Shown piece by piece: positions 10,039 through 18,836 of a DNA stretch of 64,000 bases. Origin of the DNA: an uncultured Candidatus Saccharibacteria bacterium (GTDB taxonomy: Bacteria; Patescibacteriota; Minisyncoccia; Phycocordibacterales; JACOZG01); the NCBI GenBank assembly GCA_965230925.1, contig OZ246403.1, forward strand, positions 330,455 through 394,454, written 5' to 3'. The notes under the pieces were generated by a model, which saw nothing but the letters and a program-made list of their open reading frames with translations, did no database searches and was not told where the DNA came from. A program made the translations under genes and the position numbers. How positions within the stretch are numbered: the stretch's first letter is position 1; every line of letters begins with the position of its first letter.

Positions 10039-10600
10039 AATTTTTTTTAAACAAGGCTTTGGCGCGATGAATCCTCGTTTTAACCGCCGCCAAAGAAATA
10101 CCTTCTATTGCCGCAATTTCCTCTTGTGAACGATCCTCCAGGAAAAACAGTTTAAGTGGTCGGGCCAGAACCTCAGGCATCCTTCGTAAAGTTCTGGTCA
10201 CTAAATCCACCCAACCAATTCGATCTTCCAAATTTACTTGGGAACTGGGCAATTTTTCGACATCCAAAGCCTCGCTCGAGAGCTCATTCGCCTCTCGACG
10301 CTTCAGCTTCTGATAATACGAAAAGGTGGTATTGAGAAGAATTCGGTAGGCCCAAGACTTAAATGATGCCCCGGGTTGAGCTTGGAAATTGCGGCCATGG
10401 AGATAAATCTTCGTGAAGGTCTCTATCACCACGTCCACCACTTCCTCGCGATTACCGAGAATTCCCTTTACCTTACGAAGAAAAGCCGGTTCATAACGGT
10501 CGACGATGATTTTGAACATGGAGGGTGTCTTGTAGCTCAAGACTAAAACCTCTTCATCGGCAAGCGTTGTTTCCGGTTTTTCTTCTAAAAACAATGTCAT
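10016..10600 (-). CDS. ECF-family RNA polymerase sigma factor
   Basis: Region 2 (DVVIETFTKIY...FKSWAYRILLN) and region 4 (SQEEIAAIEGISLAAVKTRIHRAK). Confidence 0.9.
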   Translation of the reverse strand: MTLFLEEKPETTLADEEVLVLSYKTPSMFKIIVDRYEPAFLRKVKGILGNREEVVDVVIETFTKIYLHGRNFQAQPGASFKSWAYRILLNTTFSYYQKLKRREANELSSEALDVEKLPSSQVNLEDRIGWVDLVTRTLRRMPEVLARPLKLFFLEDRSQEEIAAIEGISLAAVKTRIHRAKALFKKNYEPVYSA

Positions 10601-10693
10601 TTGGTTTTATAATAGCTCGACCTCCTGCCTATTACAACCGACCAACACCCGCTTGGGTTGCACAATTGTCTCTTTTCCCCTAAAATGGCTCAA

Positions 10694-11254
10694 ATGCTAG
10701 ACTATAATGAAATAAAGCCCCGAAAATTCATCGTTCTTGACGATGAACCGTACGAAGTCTTGGAATACCATGTCTTCCGCAAACAACAGCGCAAGCCCGT
10801 AAATGCCACCAAGTTAAGGAATCTCATTACCGGTTCGGTTCGAGAACACTCTTTCGCCGTGAGCGACAAGGTTGACGAGGCTGAGCTTGAAGAAAAGGAG
10901 GCCACTTATCTCTATAACAATAAAGGTGAATACTGGTTCTGCGACGCTAAAGACAAATCAAAACGCTTCAAACTTGAACCTGAGAAGGTGGCGGAGCAAA
11001 TTGTTTATATCAAGCCAAATACCAATGTTAAGTTACTAACCTTCGAGGAGCGCTTACTAGGAGTCAAAATTCCAATCAAAGTTGAACTTAAAGTAGTGGA
11101 AGCGGCGCCAGCCGTGAAGGGCAACACAGTCCAGGGCGGCTTGAAACAAGTAAAATTAGAGACGGGACTAACGATAAATGTCCCAATGTTTATTAACGAG
11201 GGCGACACTCTTAGAATCAATACGGATAGCGGCGAATACGTTGAGCGAGCCTAA
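10694..11254 (+). CDS. efp: Elongation factor P
   Basis: KLRNLITG, APAVKGNT, LETGLTINVPMFINEGD, GEYVERA; ATG 10694 lies 7 nt after TAAAAT. Confidence 0.93.
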   Translation: MLDYNEIKPRKFIVLDDEPYEVLEYHVFRKQQRKPVNATKLRNLITGSVREHSFAVSDKVDEAELEEKEATYLYNNKGEYWFCDAKDKSKRFKLEPEKVAEQIVYIKPNTNVKLLTFEERLLGVKIPIKVELKVVEAAPAVKGNTVQGGLKQVKLETGLTINVPMFINEGDTLRINTDSGEYVERA

Positions 11255-11455
11255 TTATTTAGCGATAAAAGGCATCAAGGCCAAGAAACGAGCGTGCTTA
11301 ATAGCCTCGGTGAGTTTGCGTTGATGAGAACCACACACCCCTGAACGGCGATTGGCGACAATCCGACCATAAGTATCGGTGAAGCGCGTCAGAACCTCCA
11401 CATTCTTGTAATCTGGTTGCTTAATATTATTGGTGCAAAAATGACACTGTTTCAT
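11255..11455 (-). CDS. rpsR: 30S ribosomal protein S18 (zinc-binding form)
   Basis: CHFC...DYKNVEVL...GVCGSHQRKLTEAIKHARFLALMPF; alternative start at 11467. Confidence 0.93.
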   Translation of the reverse strand: MKQCHFCTNNIKQPDYKNVEVLTRFTDTYGRIVANRRSGVCGSHQRKLTEAIKHARFLALMPFIAK

Positions 11456-11470
11456 GTTTGAGTTCATAAT

Positions 11471-11911
11471 TTAAAATGGAATGTCTTCTGGGTTAACCTC
11501 TTCTTCTGGATAATTAATCGTCCCCACCTCTTCCTTGGCTGGCCGCGTCTCACCACCACCCACTGTACCACTACCACCAGCACCAGCCTTAGGTCCAAAC
11601 TGCACGCGGTCGGCCACAATCTCGGTGCGATACTTCTTGGAACCATCTTGGGAATCCCAGCTCCGAGTCTGAATGCGACCCTCCACCATCGCCGACTGAC
11701 CTTTCTTAAGATATTGGGCTACGGTCTCGGCCTGGCTGCCAAAGACTACAATATTGTGATACTGAGTATCTTCTTGCTTGGCACCGGTCTTATCCTTCCA
11801 CACCGAGTTAGTAGCGAGACTAAAGCTGGTTACCTTGGTCCCAGAAGGCAAACTCTTCGCCTCAGGATCACGCGTAAGGTTCCCAATGATAATCGCCTTG
11901 TTAAGATACAT
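11471..11911 (-). CDS. ssb: Single-stranded DNA-binding protein
   Basis: LNKAIIIGNLTRDPE, VEGRIQTRSW, C-terminal DIPF. Confidence 0.97.
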   Translation of the reverse strand: MYLNKAIIIGNLTRDPEAKSLPSGTKVTSFSLATNSVWKDKTGAKQEDTQYHNIVVFGSQAETVAQYLKKGQSAMVEGRIQTRSWDSQDGSKKYRTEIVADRVQFGPKAGAGGSGTVGGGETRPAKEEVGTINYPEEEVNPEDIPF

Positions 11912-12422
11912 GAGACTCAGCAGGAGTTAATAAATCAGCGATCTCGCGGTCAATGACAGCATCAATGGCCTTTTTATTCTCATCGGGGTTTACGGTCGCT
12001 ACCACTGGGTCACTAGCGGGCTCAGTAGGCACAGGTGACTCGCCGCTTGCCTCACCGCGCTTGATAAACTGAGCTTCTGGCACTTCTTTATAACTCTTAA
12101 TTACCAAAAAACGAACTATTTCCGCTGTCCCCTGCCAAATCTTCAAAAGAGCTGGAACAACTTCAGAAGCGGCTTCAAACTTGACGGCACCGAAGTGGGC
12201 ATCTTGAAAAACATTCTTTTTATTGTCTAAAACCTTCGCAATGGGATATGCGAGAGCAATCATCTTTGGCATCGTCTCTGACACCACCTCACCACCAGCT
12301 TTAGTGATGGCGGCCTTAATGAGCTGGTCCACGGTCTCCGGAATTTTTTCCTCCGGCAAAAACGGGGTCAGTAGGTAACCAATTTCGTAAATTTGGGCTT
12401 TTGTTTCCACGGCCGAGATCAT
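11901..12422 (-). CDS. rpsF: 30S ribosomal protein S6 with extended C-terminus
   Basis: YEIGYLL, LAYPIAK, IVRFLVIK; rpsF-ssb-rpsR order. Confidence 0.88.
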   Translation of the reverse strand: MISAVETKAQIYEIGYLLTPFLPEEKIPETVDQLIKAAITKAGGEVVSETMPKMIALAYPIAKVLDNKKNVFQDAHFGAVKFEAASEVVPALLKIWQGTAEIVRFLVIKSYKEVPEAQFIKRGEASGESPVPTEPASDPVVATVNPDENKKAIDAVIDREIADLLTPAESHVS

Positions 12423-13183
12423 ACCAAATCGAGCCCAAAACGCAAGCGGGCAGTGGCCGTGGTGACCCGAGCCACCTCCTCAAGCGATATACCCTTGAGC
12501 GAAGCTACTCGCTTCGCCACCTCGACAACATAACTCGGTTCATTGCGCTTGCCACGGTAGACCGCTGGGGCCACGAAGGGGCAATCAGTCTCAATCATCA
12601 ACGACTCAAGTGGCATTTGCTTAATCACCTCGTCATAATTACTCGCAAACGTAATCGCGCCCGTAAACGAGAGGGTGAAGCCTAGATCAAAAAACTTTTT
12701 CGCCGTGGCCCAATCACCAGCAAAAAAATGCACATTACCCGTCACCCCTGGGAAGTTCTTCAACACAGCAAGCAAATCATCGTAGGCGTCTCGACAATGA
12801 ATCATCAACAGCTTCCCCACCTTTTGCGCCAAATCAATCTGTTGTTCAAAAAGTTTAGCTTGTTTCTTCCTTTCCGCCAGGTCTTTGACATGAAAATAAT
12901 CGAGGCCGCACTCGCCGATTGCCACAACTTGTTTATGCTTCGCCAATTCTTCGAGTTCTGGTAAAAAATCCCCCGTTGGTAAATCAGTGGGATGAATCCC
13001 CACCGTGGCCCACATCTCATTGGGATACTTTTCCACCAGTGCCACCACCTCCCGCGAGGTAGCCAAGTCCGTCCCCACATTAATCATTTTCACCCCAGCC
13101 TCCTTGGCACGCTTAACTACCTCCTCCCGATCCCCCTCAAACTGCGGGAAATTAATATGGGCGTGAATGTCGATTAGGTTCAT
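12419..13183 (-). CDS. tatD: TatD-family hydrolase
   Basis: DIHAH, GIHP, AIGECGLDY, IHCR, ETDCPF, GKRNEP. Confidence 0.93.
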   Translation of the reverse strand: MNLIDIHAHINFPQFEGDREEVVKRAKEAGVKMINVGTDLATSREVVALVEKYPNEMWATVGIHPTDLPTGDFLPELEELAKHKQVVAIGECGLDYFHVKDLAERKKQAKLFEQQIDLAQKVGKLLMIHCRDAYDDLLAVLKNFPGVTGNVHFFAGDWATAKKFFDLGFTLSFTGAITFASNYDEVIKQMPLESLMIETDCPFVAPAVYRGKRNEPSYVVEVAKRVASLKGISLEEVARVTTATARLRFGLDLV

Positions 13184-13186
13184 AAA

Positions 13187-13603
13187 CTAATCAATCAACC
13201 CCTTCTCTAGAAGAAACGGGATTACTTTCTTAAAAATCACTGAGCCCACTTCGGCTTCTGGCGGATGAGAATCAATCCAGCGTAAATCACCAATCTCGCT
13301 ACTGGCCACTGGTTCCCCTTCCCAATTCTTCACTAAGAACACATCCATTTTCAAAAGCAGGCTAGGATTCATCGAAGCCGGTTCTTCGAAGGAATCAACA
13401 AGCGTGGCATCTTCTGACTTCACAATCACATTCAATTCTTCCTGTAACTCTCGGCACAAGGCTTGAACCGGAGTTTCACCCGCTTCAATCTTCCCACCCG
13501 GCATCATAAAAATCGGATGCTTTTTCGACTTCGCAACTAAAAACTTCCTATCTTTAAGCAAAACCCCTCCCGCTTTATAAATATCAGGTTTACGTTGTTC
13601 CAT
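13187..13603 (-). CDS. NUDIX hydrolase
   Basis: Nudix box PGGKIEAGETPVQALCRELQEEL. Confidence 0.9.
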   Translation of the reverse strand: MEQRKPDIYKAGGVLLKDRKFLVAKSKKHPIFMMPGGKIEAGETPVQALCRELQEELNVIVKSEDATLVDSFEEPASMNPSLLLKMDVFLVKNWEGEPVASSEIGDLRWIDSHPPEAEVGSVIFKKVIPFLLEKGLID

Positions 13604-13629
13604 CACCCCAGTGTCGCAAGTTTTTGTGT

Positions 13630-13772
13630 AAAAGAAAAGGCCTCGTGATATTTCACGAAACCCGGTCCGAGGGTGGGGAAATCACCATGCAAGTGACGCC
13701 TGATTGCGGTTACACTCTCACATTTAAGGAAAGAAGCCCCGCGACGTCCGATGATATCCCACCCCCGAACTC
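13630..13772 (-). ncRNA. Candidate small structured RNA (~106-nt irregular hairpin plus terminator)
   Basis: TTGCCT-16-TATTAT upstream; 13-bp closing stem GTTCGGGGGTGGG/CCCACCCTCGGAC with inner stems; GU-containing terminator with U tract; no ORF. Confidence 0.5.
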
Positions 13773-13812
13773 AAAACAATAATACACAAAACTAAAGATA
13801 AGGCAATTCTAA

Positions 13813-15240
13813 CTACTTCCTCCCAAATAACGGCTCAATTGCTTTACCGACTTTGAGGGCAGCGGTAATTTTTTCGCTCGTCTCGGGTAAAATTGGTTGA
13901 AGAAGAAAAGCGATGTGAGAAAGTTCACTGACGAGATAAGTGATTTCGGTTTTGGCTTTCTCGGGATCGGATTTAATTAATTTATACGGTTCATTGACTT
14001 GAATGCGCCTATCTAGCTCACCAACTTTCTGCCAAATGAAGTCGGCGGCTTTATTAAATTCGTAGCGATCAAGCGCTTGGGAAAATTCGGTGGGAAATTC
14101 TTTGGCCGTAACAACCGGAGCAGAAATACCGCCGATTTCAGCCATTTTTAAGATCCGTGAGACAAGATTCCCCAATCCATTAGCCAAATTGGCATTATAC
14201 GCCTCGCGGAAAAGGTCGGGAGTAACATCAGAATCCTCAAACGGGTTAATATGACGTGCGAGGAAGTAGCGGACAGCATCGGTGCCGTATTCACTGACGA
14301 GATCGAAAGGATTAATGACGTTTCCTATTGATTTACTCATCTTCTGACCGCCAGAATTAATAAAGCCGTGATAGATTACCCGATCTGTTGACTTTAACTT
14401 GGCCGACATGAGCATCGCTTGCCACATAATGGATTGGAAGCGCACTTGATCTTTGCCCGCCACTTGAACCGGGTAACCACTGTTCCAAAATTTCTCAAAG
14501 TTACCTGACTCGTCGAGCCAATTTAAAGTAGAAATATAACTAGTGAGCGCGTCGAACCACACATACATCACCTGACTCTCATCGCCCGGCACCGGCACAC
14601 CCCAACTCATCCGCGCCTTCTCGCGCGAGATACTGAAGTCATCGAGACCGTTTTTTACAAAGTTAATCGCTTCTTGTCGCCGCCAATCGGGAAGAATTAC
14701 CCCTTCGCGGCTAAGATACTCCTCCAACTTTTTTTGGTAATTACTTAATTTGAAAAAATAATTCTCTTCTTCAATGACCACCGGCTCCACAGTAAGATGG
14801 TTTGGGCACTTGCCGTTCACCAAATCAGCTTCTTTCAAAAACATCTCATCGTTCACACAATAAAGACCTTTATACTTCTTTTTATAAATATCTCCCGCCT
14901 GATCGCATCGCCGCCAGAATTCTTGGGCCGCGACAATATGGTGCGGGTCGGTGGTACGAATGAAATGAAGTTCTGGATAGAGATTTAGTTTCTCTTTTAA
15001 ATTCCGAAACTTGGCCGCGTATTCGTCGACATAAGCCTGAACTTCTTTCTTCTCTTCCTGCGCTTTACGATAAATTTTTATCCCATGCTCATCCGTGCCG
15101 GTATTAAAAAACACCTCATCGCCCTTGAGCGCATGATACCGCGCCATAATGTCTGCCTGCACCATTTCTAAAGCGAAGCCGAGATGCGGATCGGCGTTCA
15201 CATACGGCAAAGTGGTGGTGAGGTAAAAAGGTTTAGACAT
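13813..15240 (-). CDS. metG: Methionine--tRNA ligase (short form)
   Basis: YVNADPHLG, GTDEHG, YVWFDAL, KMSKS. Confidence 0.96.
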   Translation of the reverse strand: MSKPFYLTTTLPYVNADPHLGFALEMVQADIMARYHALKGDEVFFNTGTDEHGIKIYRKAQEEKKEVQAYVDEYAAKFRNLKEKLNLYPELHFIRTTDPHHIVAAQEFWRRCDQAGDIYKKKYKGLYCVNDEMFLKEADLVNGKCPNHLTVEPVVIEEENYFFKLSNYQKKLEEYLSREGVILPDWRRQEAINFVKNGLDDFSISREKARMSWGVPVPGDESQVMYVWFDALTSYISTLNWLDESGNFEKFWNSGYPVQVAGKDQVRFQSIMWQAMLMSAKLKSTDRVIYHGFINSGGQKMSKSIGNVINPFDLVSEYGTDAVRYFLARHINPFEDSDVTPDLFREAYNANLANGLGNLVSRILKMAEIGGISAPVVTAKEFPTEFSQALDRYEFNKAADFIWQKVGELDRRIQVNEPYKLIKSDPEKAKTEITYLVSELSHIAFLLQPILPETSEKITAALKVGKAIEPLFGRK

Positions 15241-16283
15241 TAGCCTTCGATCTCGGTCAGACTTTTCCGTCGCGACTCAATATCATTTACGAGTTCCATA
15301 AGAACAGTGGCCGCCGGCACCGCCAAAATTATTCCAATGAAACCAACAAGCTTGGCTCCGGCAAGAAGCGAGAGAATGACCACCAGTGATGGCACGCCCA
15401 CAATTTTCCGGACTACCATCGGGTAGAGCAAGTGATTCTCAAGTTGTTGAATAACCACATAGAGAAGTAGCGCCAAGACTCCAGTTGTTGGGCCGCTGGC
15501 AAAAGCAAGAAGAACACCGGGCACAGCCGAGAGAATTGGCCCAATAACGGGAATGAGCTCGAAAACAGCCGCAAGAATTGCCAGCACCAGCGCATACTCA
15601 ACTCCAAGAAGCCAAAGTCCAAGATAAACAAACAGTCCCACAATCAATCCAAGCAAGAGCTGACCCTGCATCCAGAAACCAATTTTGCGCTGGGAACGCC
15701 GCCAGAGATCAAGAATATATTTCTCATAACGCAAGGGTGCGACCAGACGAATAAAGTTCTCTACTCCATCTTGTTGCACCGCAAGATAAAAGGAAATGAC
15801 GATCACAATAAGCAAACTAGTAACACTGCCAAAAATGGTTATTACCACATTGCCACTGTGGACAAGACTCCCGATAAAAGAGAAAAAGGCTTGTTGCAAA
15901 GTCAGAATAAATTCCTGCGGACTGAGATTGCCTAAAATGATGGCGAAGTAGTCGCGCGCGGTGGTAAACCACGGCAAGGCCGCGAGCTTGGCCGGCAAAG
16001 TAACAGAAGCCCGAACTAGGTCCTCGAAAACTTGAAAAAGAAATAGCGGGAAAAGACTTAAGAAAGCGGCAATGGTTCCGAGATAAACCATAATCACCGC
16101 CGCGACTCGAGGAATACGCGCGCGCCCAAGGAAGCGCGTAATCGGCTCCGTCGCGGCGGCAATCACCACCGCTACCAAGACCAAGAGAACTAGGTCTCGC
16201 AAATAGTAGAGAGCCGCCAAGACCAGAAAAGAGAATACCAGCCGCCAAATCGTGCCGGTAGTAATTTGGAGTTGCGTCGTCAC
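15240..16283 (-). CDS. AI-2E family transporter
   Basis: Multi-TM; ELIPVIGP, QQLENHLLYP, GIILAVP. Confidence 0.88.
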   Translation of the reverse strand: MTTQLQITTGTIWRLVFSFLVLAALYYLRDLVLLVLVAVVIAAATEPITRFLGRARIPRVAAVIMVYLGTIAAFLSLFPLFLFQVFEDLVRASVTLPAKLAALPWFTTARDYFAIILGNLSPQEFILTLQQAFFSFIGSLVHSGNVVITIFGSVTSLLIVIVISFYLAVQQDGVENFIRLVAPLRYEKYILDLWRRSQRKIGFWMQGQLLLGLIVGLFVYLGLWLLGVEYALVLAILAAVFELIPVIGPILSAVPGVLLAFASGPTTGVLALLLYVVIQQLENHLLYPMVVRKIVGVPSLVVILSLLAGAKLVGFIGIILAVPAATVLMELVNDIESRRKSLTEIEG

Positions 16284-16295
16284 CCTTTTACAATA

Positions 16296-17573
16296 CTAAA
16301 AATGGAGGATTTTGCCAAACTTCTCGGTGGCTTCCCCTTCGCTCGTTGGCCCCACCACGGCAAGATTAAGTTTAGCGTTTTGGAAAATTTCTTCGGCGAT
16401 TCGCCGGAGATCTTGGGCGTTTACGGCTTCAATCTTGGCTGCAAGGGCTGGCGCCGTCTCAAATTTATGCTTGAGTAGTTCTTGCAAACCACTGAAAGTG
16501 GCTTGAGAACTAGAAGTCTCAAGGCCCAAGTAAAGGTGGCCAATCATTGAGTCCTTCACCCGACGGAGCTCGGCTTCAGGCACGGTCTCGGTGGTCAACT
16601 TTTTGCATTCTTCAATCATGGCCACAACAGCCGGCTCAAGAAGGGTGTTGTTGACTCCTGCCGAAATCGCAAGATACCCGTGATCGGTGTATGAATCTTG
16701 ACTCGCCCGCACATAGTAAGCGGCTCCCATTTCCTCGCGAATGCGAACAAACAAACGAGAACTCATTCCCCCACCCAGAAGAGTAGCAAGGACTTCGAGC
16801 GTCATTTCATCCGCGCTCATTATCCCCGCCGAACGCACCCCGAGCACCACATGACTTTGGTCAGACTTTTTTGTTTTTACCCTGAAGGCTGGGTCACTTT
16901 GGTTTTCTCTCACGCCCAGTTTGTCGGCCTTCTCTCCTTTAGACATCGTGGCAAATAAATTATTTACACTCGCCAGGGCTTGATCAGGAGCAAAACGCCC
17001 CGACACTACCACGAGCGTGGCTTGAGGCAAGTAGTGAGCCGCGCGATATTTCAAAAGATCCGTTTGGGAAAAACTTCGCACCGTTTCTTTGGTCCCCGCA
17101 ATACCCCAGCCCGCGGGTTGATCGCCATAAAGTAGCTCCATAAAAAGATCGTGCACCTGGTGATGTGGCATGTCTTCATACATATTTATTTCCTCAATGA
17201 TCACACCTTTCTCACGTTCAATCTCTGGCTCAGGCAAGGTAGAGTGAAGATAAATATCGGCCACCAAATCAAGAGCTCGAGCGAAGTGTGGCGGCGCCAC
17301 CGTGGCATAATAACCAGTATATTCTTGAGCCGTAAAAGCATTGTACGCTGCTCCAAGTGAATCAAGCTCGGACGACAAATCAATTGGCTTCTTCCTTTGA
17401 TCGGTACCCTTAAAACACATGTGTTCGAGAAAGTGAGAGATGCCGGCAATGGGTGCGGTCTCATACTTAGAACCCGCGGCCACCAGCACCAAGGTGGTCA
17501 CACTCAACGCCTCCGGTTGCGGAATCGTAATCAATCGCAACCCGTTTGCCAAAACATGCTTCTCCGGGGTCAT
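16296..17573 (-). CDS. M16-family zinc peptidase
   Basis: HFLEH (HxxEH), YNAFT, GGGMSSRLF. Confidence 0.93.
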   Translation of the reverse strand: MTPEKHVLANGLRLITIPQPEALSVTTLVLVAAGSKYETAPIAGISHFLEHMCFKGTDQRKKPIDLSSELDSLGAAYNAFTAQEYTGYYATVAPPHFARALDLVADIYLHSTLPEPEIEREKGVIIEEINMYEDMPHHQVHDLFMELLYGDQPAGWGIAGTKETVRSFSQTDLLKYRAAHYLPQATLVVVSGRFAPDQALASVNNLFATMSKGEKADKLGVRENQSDPAFRVKTKKSDQSHVVLGVRSAGIMSADEMTLEVLATLLGGGMSSRLFVRIREEMGAAYYVRASQDSYTDHGYLAISAGVNNTLLEPAVVAMIEECKKLTTETVPEAELRRVKDSMIGHLYLGLETSSSQATFSGLQELLKHKFETAPALAAKIEAVNAQDLRRIAEEIFQNAKLNLAVVGPTSEGEATEKFGKILHF

Positions 17574-17582
17574 CAATTATTT

Positions 17583-18827
17583 TTACTTTACTGAAACTCG
17601 GTTAAGAATCTCGCTCACCGCAATTCTTTCCTGCTCGCCCGTATCCCGATCGCGGATAGTAACAGTATTGTCTTCAAGAGTCTGGAAGTCGATGGTGACG
17701 CAATACGGCGTGCCGATCTCGTCTTGGCGGCGGTAGCGCTTACCGATATTGCCATTATCGTCAAACATAATTTCGGGAATTTGCTGTTTTAAATTTTGAT
17801 ACACCTCGCGCGCTTTGGCGACCAAATCGGGTTTGTTTTTCAAAAGAGGAAAGATCGCGGCTTTAATGGGAGCCACAGCTGAATTTAGCTTGAGATATGT
17901 TCTCGGTTCACCACCGAGCTCGTCTTCGGTATAAGCATCAGACAGAATGGCTAAAACTGTCCGATCAACTCCAAAAGACGGTTCGATGACGTGGGGAATT
18001 AACTTAGTTTTGGTTTCTTCGTCTTGATAATCCAGCTTGTGGGCCAAGAGATCGTAGTCGGTACGATAAGCCAAGCCATAAAGTTCTTTGCGACCAAAAG
18101 GAAAATCGAATTCGAAGTCGATCGTGCGTTTAGAGTAATGAGCTCGATCCTCATCAGAAACTTCTAACTCATGCACATGGTCAGGCTGGAGACCGATGTC
18201 CTTCATCCACTCGTGCATCTCCCGACGAAATTCTTCGAAGGATTTCTCCCAATCTTCTGGACGAACAAAATACTCTATTTCCATTTGCTCCAGCTCGCGC
18301 AAGCGGAAAATGAAGTCGCGCGGCGCAATTTCATTACGAAAAGCCTTCCCAATTTGAGCTAAACCAAAAGGTAGTTTGGGGTGGAAAGAATCAACAATGT
18401 TTTTAAAATTAACAAACATCCCCTGTGCTGTTTCTGGACGGAGATAAGCAAGACCAGTATCAAACATCATATTAAACTGGCGACTCGCGCCGAGCTTCCC
18501 ACCACAATCTGGACAAGCGCCAGACTCATGATCAGCGCGAAATTGGTGGTGACATTTCTCACACTCCACCAGCGGATCAGCAAAGCCAGCCACATGACCG
18601 CTTGCTTCCCACACCTTTTTATTCATAAGAATAGCCGCATCTACCCCGTACATATCTTCGCGGCTGTTTACAAATCGCTTCCACCATAAATTCTTCACAT
18701 TGTTTTTCAGCGCGAGACCATGCGGACCCCAGTCGAAGGTCCCCGCGAGACCACCATAAATCTCAGAGCCGGGATAAATAAATCCGCGACGTTTAGCAAA
18801 ACTGGTTAATTGATCGAGGGTAGGCAT
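17583..18827 (-). CDS. glyQS: Glycine--tRNA ligase, alpha2 type
   Basis: YLRPETAQG, GKAFRNEI, HVIEPSFG, GKRYRRQDEIGTP. Confidence 0.95.
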   Translation of the reverse strand: MPTLDQLTSFAKRRGFIYPGSEIYGGLAGTFDWGPHGLALKNNVKNLWWKRFVNSREDMYGVDAAILMNKKVWEASGHVAGFADPLVECEKCHHQFRADHESGACPDCGGKLGASRQFNMMFDTGLAYLRPETAQGMFVNFKNIVDSFHPKLPFGLAQIGKAFRNEIAPRDFIFRLRELEQMEIEYFVRPEDWEKSFEEFRREMHEWMKDIGLQPDHVHELEVSDEDRAHYSKRTIDFEFDFPFGRKELYGLAYRTDYDLLAHKLDYQDEETKTKLIPHVIEPSFGVDRTVLAILSDAYTEDELGGEPRTYLKLNSAVAPIKAAIFPLLKNKPDLVAKAREVYQNLKQQIPEIMFDDNGNIGKRYRRQDEIGTPYCVTIDFQTLEDNTVTIRDRDTGEQERIAVSEILNRVSVK

Positions 18828-18836
18828 TTTTTTGAA

